Positions 7,976 through 15,860 of a stretch of 30,911 bases of DNA are shown here, one piece after another (within the stretch, counting starts at the first letter, position 1; each line of letters starts with the position of its first letter). The notes beneath the pieces were generated by a model. It worked only from the letters and a program-made list of their open reading frames with translations. It did no database searches and had not been told where the DNA came from. Source of the stretch: a virus (lineage: Duplodnaviria > Caudoviricetes); IMG/VR virus record IMGVR_UViG_3300037424_001954, positions 1-30,911 of that record, one strand, 5' to 3'. The translations under genes and the position numbers were made by a program.

Positions 7976-8241
7976 TGACCAGGAGCGACAACGCGGAGGT
8001 GGTGGAGCAGCTCTTCGACCGGTTGCATGGCGAATTCGGACGGCTGGCGCCGCAGATCATCCAGGTAATCACCGAGATGGTGGGTCGAACTCGGGTGACC
8101 TTTCCAGGCCTCGACGACCTTTACCGGGCCGAGAGGAATAAGCGGATCCGGAAGGAGTTCACCGGCGCGAACTATGAGGAGCTGGCGATCAAGTACCGCC
8201 TGCGAGTGCGCCAGGTGCGGCGGGTGATTCGGCATGGGTAA
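7972..8241 (+). CDS. Mor/C-family transcription activator (late-gene activator)
   Basis: GRTRVTFP...ERNKRIRKEFTGANYEELAIKYRLRVRQVRRVI matches the Mor family HTH pattern; overlaps the recombinase stop. Confidence 0.85.
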   Translation: MMTRSDNAEVVEQLFDRLHGEFGRLAPQIIQVITEMVGRTRVTFPGLDDLYRAERNKRIRKEFTGANYEELAIKYRLRVRQVRRVIRHG

Positions 8242-8292
8242 CGACTGACTTCAGCCGCGAGCGGAGCGAGTCCGCTGGAAGGATTGTTATGC
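8236..8292 (-). other. attC site (57 bp) overlapping the Mor stop codon
   Basis: Minus strand: GCATAAC AATCCTTCCAGCGGACTCGCTCCGCTCGCGGCTGAAGTCAGTC GTTACCC; shares GCGAGTCCGCT (+ strand) with the attC at 589-647. Confidence 0.85.
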
Positions 8293-8495
8293 CAAAAACC
8301 AAATGCCCAGGGTCAAAACAAAAGCCCCGGGTTGAATTCCCAGACACCGTGACCAGACGGTTCACTGATGGAGGGCATTCGCATCAAAGCGTTATCCACC
8401 ACTGCCCCGCTGGATGTGGCCGTGGATGGGGCCGCAATAACCGGGAAAACGGCTGGCCAGATTTGCCAATTCCTGTCCATTTCGTAGAGGCATAA
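8289..8495 (+). CDS. Small Cys/His-containing hypothetical protein (lone cassette ORF)
   Basis: 68-aa ORF filling the interval between GTTATGCC (8286) and GGCATAA (8489-8495) exactly; RBS-like GGAAGGA lies inside the attC. Confidence 0.65.
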   Translation: MPKTKCPGSKQKPRVEFPDTVTRRFTDGGHSHQSVIHHCPAGCGRGWGRNNRENGWPDLPIPVHFVEA

Positions 8496-8523
8496 TGATT
8501 CTACCGCTTAAATGCGGCCTATC
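8489..8523 (-). other. attI candidate 2 (core lacks AAC)
   Basis: AATGATTCTACCGCTTAAATGCGGCCTATC (8494-8523) is identical to 1792-1821 and abuts the cassette end GGCAT. Confidence 0.7.
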
Positions 8524-8543
8524 CCCGGAGCGTGGAAATGATT

Positions 8544-8586
8544 TAGTGTCCTCCCCTGCCAGATCATGACCTTGTTTTCTGATAAT
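8544..8586 (+). promoter_or_regulatory. Putative late promoter / Mor-type activator site 1
   Basis: 31-bp motif 8544-8574 matches 13586-13616 at 30/31 positions; followed by GATAAT (8581-8586); upstream of the terminase operon. Confidence 0.65.
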
Positions 8587-8633
8587 CAGCCCTCTATGGC
8601 GTGGAAAAGCATCCACCCTGGAGGGCTTTTTTC

Positions 8634-9464
8634 ATGGACATTCAGGATAAACAGACCGCCCTGCGGCTGATCCCGTCGCAAAAGGAAGACCTCAAGCGCC
8701 GCATCGATGCCGGCGAAAGGGGGCTGGCCGACGAGCTGGAGCATCTTATGTCGCTGGAGGCGCGCCTGCGCACGGCGATCGAGACGGCCGACGAGGACGA
8801 GCCCGACCCGGTCATGGAGCGCCTGCGGGTCAAGCGCAGCTACACCATGACGCCGGCCGCCCTGGAGCAGCGTCTGGCCGCCTCCGCAAAATCGACGGGG
8901 CCGACCACCGAGGAGGGCAAGGCCCGCTGCAGCGGCAACGCCTGGAAGCACGGGCTGCATGCCAAGAAGCGTCTGCTCGGCCTCGGCAAACCCTGCAAGA
9001 GCACCTGCCAGAAATACCCCTGCTCCCTGGTCGATGAGGGCGACGTCTCGCCCGGCGGCAACTGCATCGACAAGGAATACTTCCTCACCACTCTGAACGC
9101 CCTCTCCAGCGCCATGCAGGCCGGCGACCTCACCGACCTCAAGCACGTGGTCACCCTGCAGCTCGGCGGGACCCTGCAGGTGATCGACGAGCTGCAGGCC
9201 TCGATCCTCGAGTATGGCGTCTATATGAAGTCCGAGAAGATCGACAAGGATGGCAAGGTGACCGGCTACGAAATCAAGCCCAACCCGTCGCTGCTTCCGC
9301 TCTCCAACCTGCTTAAGGCCGCCGGCGTCACCATGCCCGACTTCATGGTCACCCCGGCCGCCGTCGAGAAGATCAAGACCGACAAGGAGACCGTCGACAC
9401 CCTGGCCGACATCTTCCGCGGCGCCGGCAACGCGCTGGCCCAGGCGAAGAAGAAGAAGGCCTGA
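8634..9464 (+). CDS. Probable terminase small subunit
   Basis: Directly upstream of terL; STGPTTEEGKARCSGNAWKHG motif; C-terminal 'EIKPNPSL' segment; Cys cluster. Confidence 0.6.
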   Translation: MDIQDKQTALRLIPSQKEDLKRRIDAGERGLADELEHLMSLEARLRTAIETADEDEPDPVMERLRVKRSYTMTPAALEQRLAASAKSTGPTTEEGKARCSGNAWKHGLHAKKRLLGLGKPCKSTCQKYPCSLVDEGDVSPGGNCIDKEYFLTTLNALSSAMQAGDLTDLKHVVTLQLGGTLQVIDELQASILEYGVYMKSEKIDKDGKVTGYEIKPNPSLLPLSNLLKAAGVTMPDFMVTPAAVEKIKTDKETVDTLADIFRGAGNALAQAKKKKA

Positions 9465-9468
9465 GCGG

Positions 9469-11271
9469 ATGCTGATGCAGCCCCTGGAATCGTCCGAGGA
9501 TTTGAAAAAAGGCATCATCGTGCCGGCCGAGATTTTCGACCGCACCCTGCGCGAGCTCGACTGGACCTGGCACCAGGCCGCCCGCGGCGAGCTGCCGCCG
9601 CCCTTCACCTCGCTGCAGGAGTTCCAGCTGGCCATCATCTGCGCCGATCCGCTGCTGTGGTGCACGGCTTTTCTGCGCGAGCCGACCGATCCCGACCACA
9701 AGGATCCTTACTCCTTCTTCGAATACCAGCTGGAATCGTTGCGCTGCGACACCTCGGTGGTGCACCAGGACGGCGCCGAGGTCGGCAAGACCCGCGAGAT
9801 CGTCGCCTGGAGCCTGTGGAAGAGCTTCACCTGTCCCAATGGCTCGGGCCTGATCGGCGCGCCGCTGCAGATCCACCTAGACGAGATCATCGACGCCAAG
9901 CTCGACCAGCTGCACACCTTCAATCCCAGCCTCGGCAAGAGCCTGGTCAAGCACAAGAAACAACCCTACACCCAATTCACCTACGCCAACCGGTTCAAGG
10001 AGGACTTCCGCCCGGCCGGTTTCGACGGCAACGCCTACCGCGGCGTGCATGCCGAGACCTACGGCATTGTCGACGAGGCGGCCAAGAAGAAGAACAAGCC
10101 GCAGTGGACCGAGTTCTGGCGCTCTCTCAAGCCGTCGGCCTCGGCCCGCATCTACTCGGTGCCGGACGGCGACCGGGAAAGCGGCTACTACAAGCTGACC
10201 ATGCGCGCCGGCGGCAAGGCGGCCGACGGGGACAAGGCAATCGTCGGCGACAATTACGCCTGGACGCTCTTCCGCTGGGGCAAGGATCTGATGCCGCCGC
10301 CGTTCTGGACTCCGGAGCGCCGGCGCTTCTATATCGACCAGTACGGCGGCGAGGACTCCCCCGGCTTCCGGCACAACGTTCTGGGCGAGCACGGCGACCC
10401 GGAGAACACCGTCTTCCCCTGGCACCAGTTCCGCCTCTGCATCAAGGACGTCCCCGAATACCGGGCGCTCAAAGTGCTGGTCGACGCCGCCCGGGACACC
10501 GTCACCGTCGAGGGCTACAGCTGCCTCTACGAGTTGGGCGGCGAAGGGCCGATCCCGAAACACCAGATCCTCCTCGAGGAGGTTTTCAGCGCCGCCCAGC
10601 TTTTTGCGGTGGACAGCGAAAATAACAGCCAGTTCAAAGCCCTGATCCGTTCCTTCTTCGTGGCGGTACCTGGGGCCAAGCGCGGCGGCGGCGACTTCGG
10701 TTTTTCCCAGGACCCGACCGAGATCTACGCCAAGAACATTATCGGCAAGCGCGAGCGGCTCGTTGCCCGGCTGCAGCTCAAGCAAGTCACCTACGACCAG
10801 CAATGTCAGGCGATAGACGCCATGGACGATATGTACGGCCCGGCTGAGTCGCTGGTCTGGGGGACGGACTTCGGCAACGCCGGCAGCGCCATCGCTCATG
10901 ACCTGCAGGGGCTTTCCCAGTACGCGGACAAGAACTATGACGACCGGCTCAAGGGCTTCATGTTCCAGTCGACCACCGACAACGTCGACGACCAGGGCGA
11001 GCCGATCACCGACGCCAAGACCGGCAAGCCGGCGAAGATCACTCTGAAGGAGCTGGCCACCGATCTGCTGGTCAAGAAGATGCAGCGCCAACTGCTCGAA
11101 TACCCGCCGGATCAGGACATCATCCTCGCCTACACCAACCACACCTGCCGCATCGGCGAGCGGCAGCGCATCTACAACAAGGAAAACGACCACCTCATCG
11201 ATGCCGACCGGGCGCAGCAGCTCGCCGGCGTGCTGGGGAACGACGTGGAGGATCTGTTCGACTGCGGGTAG
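9469..11271 (+). CDS. terL: Terminase large subunit
   Basis: P-loop-like AEVGKTRE, Walker B GIVDEAA, RNase H-like nuclease motifs GGDFGFSQDPT and DHLIDA; lies before the portal. Confidence 0.85.
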   Translation: MLMQPLESSEDLKKGIIVPAEIFDRTLRELDWTWHQAARGELPPPFTSLQEFQLAIICADPLLWCTAFLREPTDPDHKDPYSFFEYQLESLRCDTSVVHQDGAEVGKTREIVAWSLWKSFTCPNGSGLIGAPLQIHLDEIIDAKLDQLHTFNPSLGKSLVKHKKQPYTQFTYANRFKEDFRPAGFDGNAYRGVHAETYGIVDEAAKKKNKPQWTEFWRSLKPSASARIYSVPDGDRESGYYKLTMRAGGKAADGDKAIVGDNYAWTLFRWGKDLMPPPFWTPERRRFYIDQYGGEDSPGFRHNVLGEHGDPENTVFPWHQFRLCIKDVPEYRALKVLVDAARDTVTVEGYSCLYELGGEGPIPKHQILLEEVFSAAQLFAVDSENNSQFKALIRSFFVAVPGAKRGGGDFGFSQDPTEIYAKNIIGKRERLVARLQLKQVTYDQQCQAIDAMDDMYGPAESLVWGTDFGNAGSAIAHDLQGLSQYADKNYDDRLKGFMFQSTTDNVDDQGEPITDAKTGKPAKITLKELATDLLVKKMQRQLLEYPPDQDIILAYTNHTCRIGERQRIYNKENDHLIDADRAQQLAGVLGNDVEDLFDCG

Positions 11272-11280
11272 GGAGATCGT

Positions 11281-11397
11281 ATGAAGGTTGTCAGAATTTA
11301 TTGGCTCACTATCAAGTACTGGTTGCAGGGTGACCGGTGGAATTTCGCGAAGCAATACGCGCAGGTCATTGTCTGCGGTTTCCGGCGCAGCGCATAA
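11281..11397 (+). CDS. Small hypothetical peptide (38 aa)
   Basis: MKVVRIYWLTIKYWLQGDRWNFAKQYAQVIVCGFRRSA; GGGAGA RBS; fills the terL-portal gap. Confidence 0.5.
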   Translation: MKVVRIYWLTIKYWLQGDRWNFAKQYAQVIVCGFRRSA

Positions 11398-11406
11398 GGA
11401 GAAAAA

Positions 11407-13572
11407 ATGAAACTCTTCGGCTTCGACATCCGCCGGGCCAAGGCCGTAGCGGAGGACATCGCCACCCGGCCGCAGTACACGCCGACCGCCGCCCAGGGGC
11501 CGCTCACTCCCTGGTTCCAGGATTACCACCTGCGCAAGGTCAGCGGCGATTTCTACGAGGCGCTGCGCGAGGGGATCCCGGTCATCGACTCGGCGATCCG
11601 CCGGCTGATCTCCCTCAACGGCACGGTGCGCGTGATCGGCGACAACGCCGCCCTGGTGCGCGAGCTCGAAGATTTCGTGCTCAACGTGCCGGTGAACGAT
11701 CACCAGAAGGGTATCCACGCCTTTCTCGAATGCTTCTGTAACGAGATGTTCGAGCAGGGCTTTTCCCTGCCCGAGTTCGTGGCCACCGCCGCGATGGACG
11801 ACATTGCCGAGCTGCGCGTGCCGGACAGCAAGCAGATCCTCTTCCGCCGCAACGCCGCCGGCAAGACCGAGCCGTGGTACCGCCACTTCAGCGGCTTCAC
11901 CCCGCCGGGCGCCCGCTACAATTCGCCCGGCACACTGGTCGAGCGCATCCTCACTGCCACCTACGGCCAGCCGGTCTACCTCGGCAGCGGCTGGGAGGAG
12001 AAGCTCAACCCGGCCAACAAGCTCTATTTCTCCATCAACAACGAGAACACCGACCCCTACGGGGTGTCGATCATGCGCTCGATGGAGTTCTGTGCCAAGC
12101 TGCTGATGACCATGCAGAACAGCCTCGGCAACGTCTGGGAGCGATTCGGCGACCCTTCCTATCACGTCAAATACAAGACCAACAAGAAAGACCTCGGCGG
12201 CGATGCCCTGGAGACCCGCCGGCAGAAAATCCAGACCGACTTCTCCGCCGCCATCCGCGCCAAGCGAGGGGGGAAATCCGCCGACTTCGTCACGGCGCTC
12301 AGCACCGACGCCGAGATGGAGATCAAGGTGATCGGCGCCGAGGGGCAGGTCCTCGAACTGGAAGTCCCCGCCCGCCACGTGCTCGAGCAGATCGTCAGCA
12401 AGACCAACCTGCCGGCCTGGATGCTCGGCATCTACTGGAGCACCACCGAGCGCATGGCCACACTGGAGGTGGAAGCCGCCCTGCAGGACGCCAAGGTGCG
12501 CCAGTTGGCGATGCTGCCCGAGCTGATCCGCCTCTTCTCGGTTTTCCTGCGGCTGCGCGGGCGCACCTGGAAGAGCGTCACCACCAGCCTCGACAAGCCC
12601 GGCGACTGGGGGATCGTCTTCGAGACGCCGAACCTGCGCGACATGGTGGCCCAGGCCCAGGCCCGCTTCCTCAACGCCCAGGCCGACCAGATGCAGAGCA
12701 CGGCCGGCGAGCGGGAGGCGATCACCGTCAACGCGCCTAAAAAATCCGTAGGGGCGAAGCATGCTTCGCCCGCCTGCGCCTGTGGCTGCAAGGGGGCGGT
12801 GCACGGCGCCAAGGAGCTGCACCGCCCCGAGCCGTGGCCGGAGCTGGACGCCGTAGAAACCGGCTACGAGGACCGGCTGAAGTCCGACTGGGAGGATCTG
12901 CGCGGCCGCATCTACACCATCGCCAGGCTCACCGATACCGACCTCGCCGCCGGCATGCGCAGCGCCAAGGGGCCGGAAGACGCCTTCACCTTCGCCGTCG
13001 AACAGCGCGCCCGGGCGCTCGATGCGCTCAAGGATTTCATCGGCGAGTATGCCACGGCCGCGGAGGGCTCGCCGCTCGTCTGGTACTACGGCCAGGCCTA
13101 CAGCCTGGGGCTGATCCAGGCGGCGCGGATGGTCGGCGAGGCGCGGCCGATCCTCGACCTGATCAAGAACAAGGAAATCTTCGACGAGCTGGCCAGGAGC
13201 GGCTTCGAGCTGGTGAAGAACGGCGCAACGAAAACCATTCAGAACAGAATCCTTGCCGAGATGGAGGCGCACGCCATCGCCGGCAGCAACCCGATGAGCG
13301 TCGCCGCCCGGCTGAAGAAGCTCTTCGGCGACCAGAACGCGAGCTGGGAGCGCCTCGCCCGCAGCGAGATGAGCATGGCGGCCGAGCAGGCGAAGGAGGA
13401 TGAGTGGAAAGAGTGGGGCGTGGAGAAGATGGACTTCGTCCCGGCGCCCGACGCCTGCCCGATCTGTGCGGCGATGGAAGGGGAGTATCCGATCGATCAG
13501 TGTCCGCTGCCGGTTCGGGACACGCACCCGCGCTGCCGGTGCAGCCGCCGCCCGGCGGCGTCCGAGGCGTGA
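11407..13572 (+). CDS. Portal protein fused to a MuF/SPP1 gp7-like minor head domain
   Basis: Follows terL; portal-like DPYGVSIMRS motif; C-terminal RLARSE...DACPICAAMEG...HPRCRC is the Phage_Mu_F signature. Confidence 0.82.
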   Translation: MKLFGFDIRRAKAVAEDIATRPQYTPTAAQGPLTPWFQDYHLRKVSGDFYEALREGIPVIDSAIRRLISLNGTVRVIGDNAALVRELEDFVLNVPVNDHQKGIHAFLECFCNEMFEQGFSLPEFVATAAMDDIAELRVPDSKQILFRRNAAGKTEPWYRHFSGFTPPGARYNSPGTLVERILTATYGQPVYLGSGWEEKLNPANKLYFSINNENTDPYGVSIMRSMEFCAKLLMTMQNSLGNVWERFGDPSYHVKYKTNKKDLGGDALETRRQKIQTDFSAAIRAKRGGKSADFVTALSTDAEMEIKVIGAEGQVLELEVPARHVLEQIVSKTNLPAWMLGIYWSTTERMATLEVEAALQDAKVRQLAMLPELIRLFSVFLRLRGRTWKSVTTSLDKPGDWGIVFETPNLRDMVAQAQARFLNAQADQMQSTAGEREAITVNAPKKSVGAKHASPACACGCKGAVHGAKELHRPEPWPELDAVETGYEDRLKSDWEDLRGRIYTIARLTDTDLAAGMRSAKGPEDAFTFAVEQRARALDALKDFIGEYATAAEGSPLVWYYGQAYSLGLIQAARMVGEARPILDLIKNKEIFDELARSGFELVKNGATKTIQNRILAEMEAHAIAGSNPMSVAARLKKLFGDQNASWERLARSEMSMAAEQAKEDEWKEWGVEKMDFVPAPDACPICAAMEGEYPIDQCPLPVRDTHPRCRCSRRPAASEA
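12748..12771 (+). repeat. GTAG-type REP-like palindrome within the portal-MuF linker
   Basis: GTAG-GGGCGAAGCATGCTTCGCCC, a perfect 20-bp palindrome preceded by GTAG. Confidence 0.6.
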
Positions 13573-13585
13573 CCCCCTTGATAAA

Positions 13586-13628
13586 TAGTGTCATCCCCTG
13601 CCAGATCATGACCTTGAATTTTGGTAAC
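13586..13628 (+). promoter_or_regulatory. Putative late promoter / Mor-type activator site 2
   Basis: TAGTGTCATCCCCTGCCAGATCATGACCTTG with GTCAT-N13-ATGAC dyad; upstream of the protease-capsid operon. Confidence 0.65.
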
Positions 13629-13672
13629 AACGGCGCAACGACTTGAAAAGCGCTGAAACCGTGGAGGTAGCC

Positions 13673-13903
13673 ATGCCCCCGAAAAAAGGAAGCACCACGA
13701 AGATCGGCCAGACGGCCACCGCCCCCGCCGCGAAGGAATTCGCCGGCAGCGGCATCGAGGGGCAGAAGGGCGCCCCCGCCGCCGAGGAGGAAAAACCCGC
13801 CTTCGACACGGCCGGGGCCTCGTCCCTGGTGACCATGCGGGGCGGCAAACCCTGCCGGGTCTGGTTCCGCGCCGGCAAGGAAATCGGAGCCGAAGATGCC
13901 TGA
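13673..13903 (+). CDS. Hypothetical protein (76 aa)
   Basis: GGAGGT RBS before ATG 13673; overlaps the protease start. Confidence 0.65.
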   Translation: MPPKKGSTTKIGQTATAPAAKEFAGSGIEGQKGAPAAEEEKPAFDTAGASSLVTMRGGKPCRVWFRAGKEIGAEDA

Positions 13904-15014
13904 CGCCCTCCGCCAGAAGGTTTTCGGCCTGAAGATGGCCGCCGGCTCCGGCGCCGAAGTCTCGCCGGAGATGCTGGAGAAAATCAACCGCTTCGCCCTG
14001 ACGCCGCTCACGGCCGAAGATGTCTACGTGCGCAAGCTGCTGTTGGCGCACAACTGCATCGACCGGGACAACGAGCGCTTCCCGGACGAGATGCTCGGCC
14101 AGTTCGCCGCGACCATCGTCGGCAAGTCGTTGCTGGTCGGTCACAACCGTAAGGAGACCGGCACCGGCCTCTTCTTCGACGCCTCGACCGAGGCGATGAC
14201 GCCCGAGCAGTTCACCACGCTCACCAGCGAGAAGTGCCGCCTGCCCGAGGGGATGACCGGCGTCAAGGCGCTGTGGGCCTGGTTCTACACCCTCAAGACG
14301 GCGAGCAGCGAGGAATGGCTCAAGTGGATCGACGGCGGCATCACCCGCCACTGCTCGATCGGCTTCGCCGCAGCCGGTCTCAACCCCATCCGCAAGGACC
14401 CCAACGGCCCCGCCCTCTACTGGGAGTACACCACCCCGGGCGAGGCCCTCGAAGGATCGCTCGTTTGGCTCGGCGCGCAGCACGGCGCCACCGCCCAGAA
14501 GGCCGCTAAGGCATCCCACCAGGACAAAGGAGACAGAGAGATGAAGAAACTGCTGGCACTGCTCGGCGGAATTCTGGGTAAGAGTTTCGCCGACGACACC
14601 ACCGATGAGCAGGCGGTCGAGGCCGTCAAGGGCGCCATCAAGGCCAAGGAGGACGAGGTCCGCGCCGAGCTCAAGACCGCCGTCGAGGACGGCAAGGCGT
14701 TCCGCAAGTCGCTGGTCGACGATGCGGTGAAATTCGGCGCCCTGATCGACGAGGTGCCGACCGACGCCGACGCGCAGAAGAAGGAGGCCGACTTCCTCAC
14801 CGGCCTGCCGATCGACCGCCTGAAGCTGCTGCGCGACAAGTACGAGACCCGCGCCCGGGAGAAATTCCCCACCCACGCCGTCTTCGCCGGCAAGGATCAG
14901 GGCAACCGCGAGAAGCGCGGCGAGCAGGGCAAGGAGAAGACCAAAACGGCCACCGGCAAGAAGGACTTCACCGACCCGGCGCACAACGAGCTGTTCGGCA
15001 CCGTTGGGCGGTAG
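13896..15014 (+). CDS. Prohead maturation protease with C-terminal scaffold domain
   Basis: IDRDNERF, LLVGHN, CSIGF and EGSLVWLGAQ motifs of HK97-type proteases; charged helical C-terminus with an internal RBS/ATG (MKKLL). Confidence 0.75.
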   Translation: MPDALRQKVFGLKMAAGSGAEVSPEMLEKINRFALTPLTAEDVYVRKLLLAHNCIDRDNERFPDEMLGQFAATIVGKSLLVGHNRKETGTGLFFDASTEAMTPEQFTTLTSEKCRLPEGMTGVKALWAWFYTLKTASSEEWLKWIDGGITRHCSIGFAAAGLNPIRKDPNGPALYWEYTTPGEALEGSLVWLGAQHGATAQKAAKASHQDKGDREMKKLLALLGGILGKSFADDTTDEQAVEAVKGAIKAKEDEVRAELKTAVEDGKAFRKSLVDDAVKFGALIDEVPTDADAQKKEADFLTGLPIDRLKLLRDKYETRAREKFPTHAVFAGKDQGNREKRGEQGKEKTKTATGKKDFTDPAHNELFGTVGR

Positions 15015-15018
15015 ATCC

Positions 15019-15042
15019 GGGCGCAGCATGCTGCGCCCCTAC
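15019..15042 (-). repeat. GTAG-type REP-like palindrome (intergenic)
   Basis: Minus strand GTAG-GGGCGCAGCATGCTGCGCCC; differs from the 12748 copy by one compensatory base pair. Confidence 0.6.
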
Positions 15043-15074
15043 AAGGACCATTCATTCAAACGGAGGATAGAGCC

Positions 15075-15803
15075 ATGAAAAGATTTTCGTTCAACCCCCT
15101 GATGTCCCTGGTGACGGTGGCCCTGGTGCTGCTGTGTGCCGGGCTCGCCTGGGCCGGCGTCATCGATCCGGTCGTCGCCGGGCTGCCGCTGTTCGGCCTG
15201 GCCGGCGCGATCAAGGTGCGCGACGGGCTGGAGCACATCCGGACCATCAAGTACACCCACAGTTCCGCCACGGTGACGGACACCATCTATTACCTCAACG
15301 GCATGATTCTGCTGGCGATGAACTCGGTGGCCGAGAACATCGCGAATGTCTTCGTCTGCTGCGGACTCATCGAGTACACCAAGGTTTCGACCGAGGTCTG
15401 GACCGGCGGCCAGAAAATTTACTGGGATCCGGCGGCCGCCAAGTTCACCAACGTGCGCGCCATCGGCTGCATCCTGGCCGGCTACGCCGCCGAGGCCGCC
15501 GCCAACCCGACCGCCACCGGCTTTGTCGTCCTGGCGCCGGAGATGCGGGCCGCCTCCGGCCCCAGCCATTCGGTCATCGCCGCCGGGCGTTTCACCACCG
15601 CCGGCGGGGATGCCACCGAGACGATCACCGTCACCGGCGCCGTGGCCGGCGACATCGTCGTCGCCACTCTCTCCCAGGTCGGCAGCACCCCGCGGACCAT
15701 CCTGACGGCGATCACCGGCACCGACGCCATCACCGTCACGATGAGCGGCGACCCGGCCGCCGACCACAAGATCGACTACGCCGTCCTGCGGGCGGTCATC
15801 TGA
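15075..15803 (+). CDS. Capsid decoration/cement protein (DUF2190-like) with hydrophobic N-terminal extension
   Basis: Lies between protease and capsid; WTGGQKIYWD...AGYAAEAAA motif. Confidence 0.6.
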   Translation: MKRFSFNPLMSLVTVALVLLCAGLAWAGVIDPVVAGLPLFGLAGAIKVRDGLEHIRTIKYTHSSATVTDTIYYLNGMILLAMNSVAENIANVFVCCGLIEYTKVSTEVWTGGQKIYWDPAAAKFTNVRAIGCILAGYAAEAAANPTATGFVVLAPEMRAASGPSHSVIAAGRFTTAGGDATETITVTGAVAGDIVVATLSQVGSTPRTILTAITGTDAITVTMSGDPAADHKIDYAVLRAVI

Positions 15804-15860
15804 TCACGCGGGGCGGCCTGAACCGGCCGCCCCTTCACCATCTACAGGGAGGATCCCGCC

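Noticed and set aside
9877-13527. Very long minus-strand ORFs (e.g. 1291-3222, 9877-13527, 13497-15029, 15804-17378, 20969-23839)
   Set aside because: Antisense shadows of GC-rich, codon-biased + strand genes; no motifs, and they overlap well-supported CDSs.
7972-13572. Mu-like transposable phage, suggested by the Mor and MuF genes
   Set aside because: No transposase or MuB in the window; a primase-helicase with iterons and tyrosine recombinases points to non-transpositional replication.
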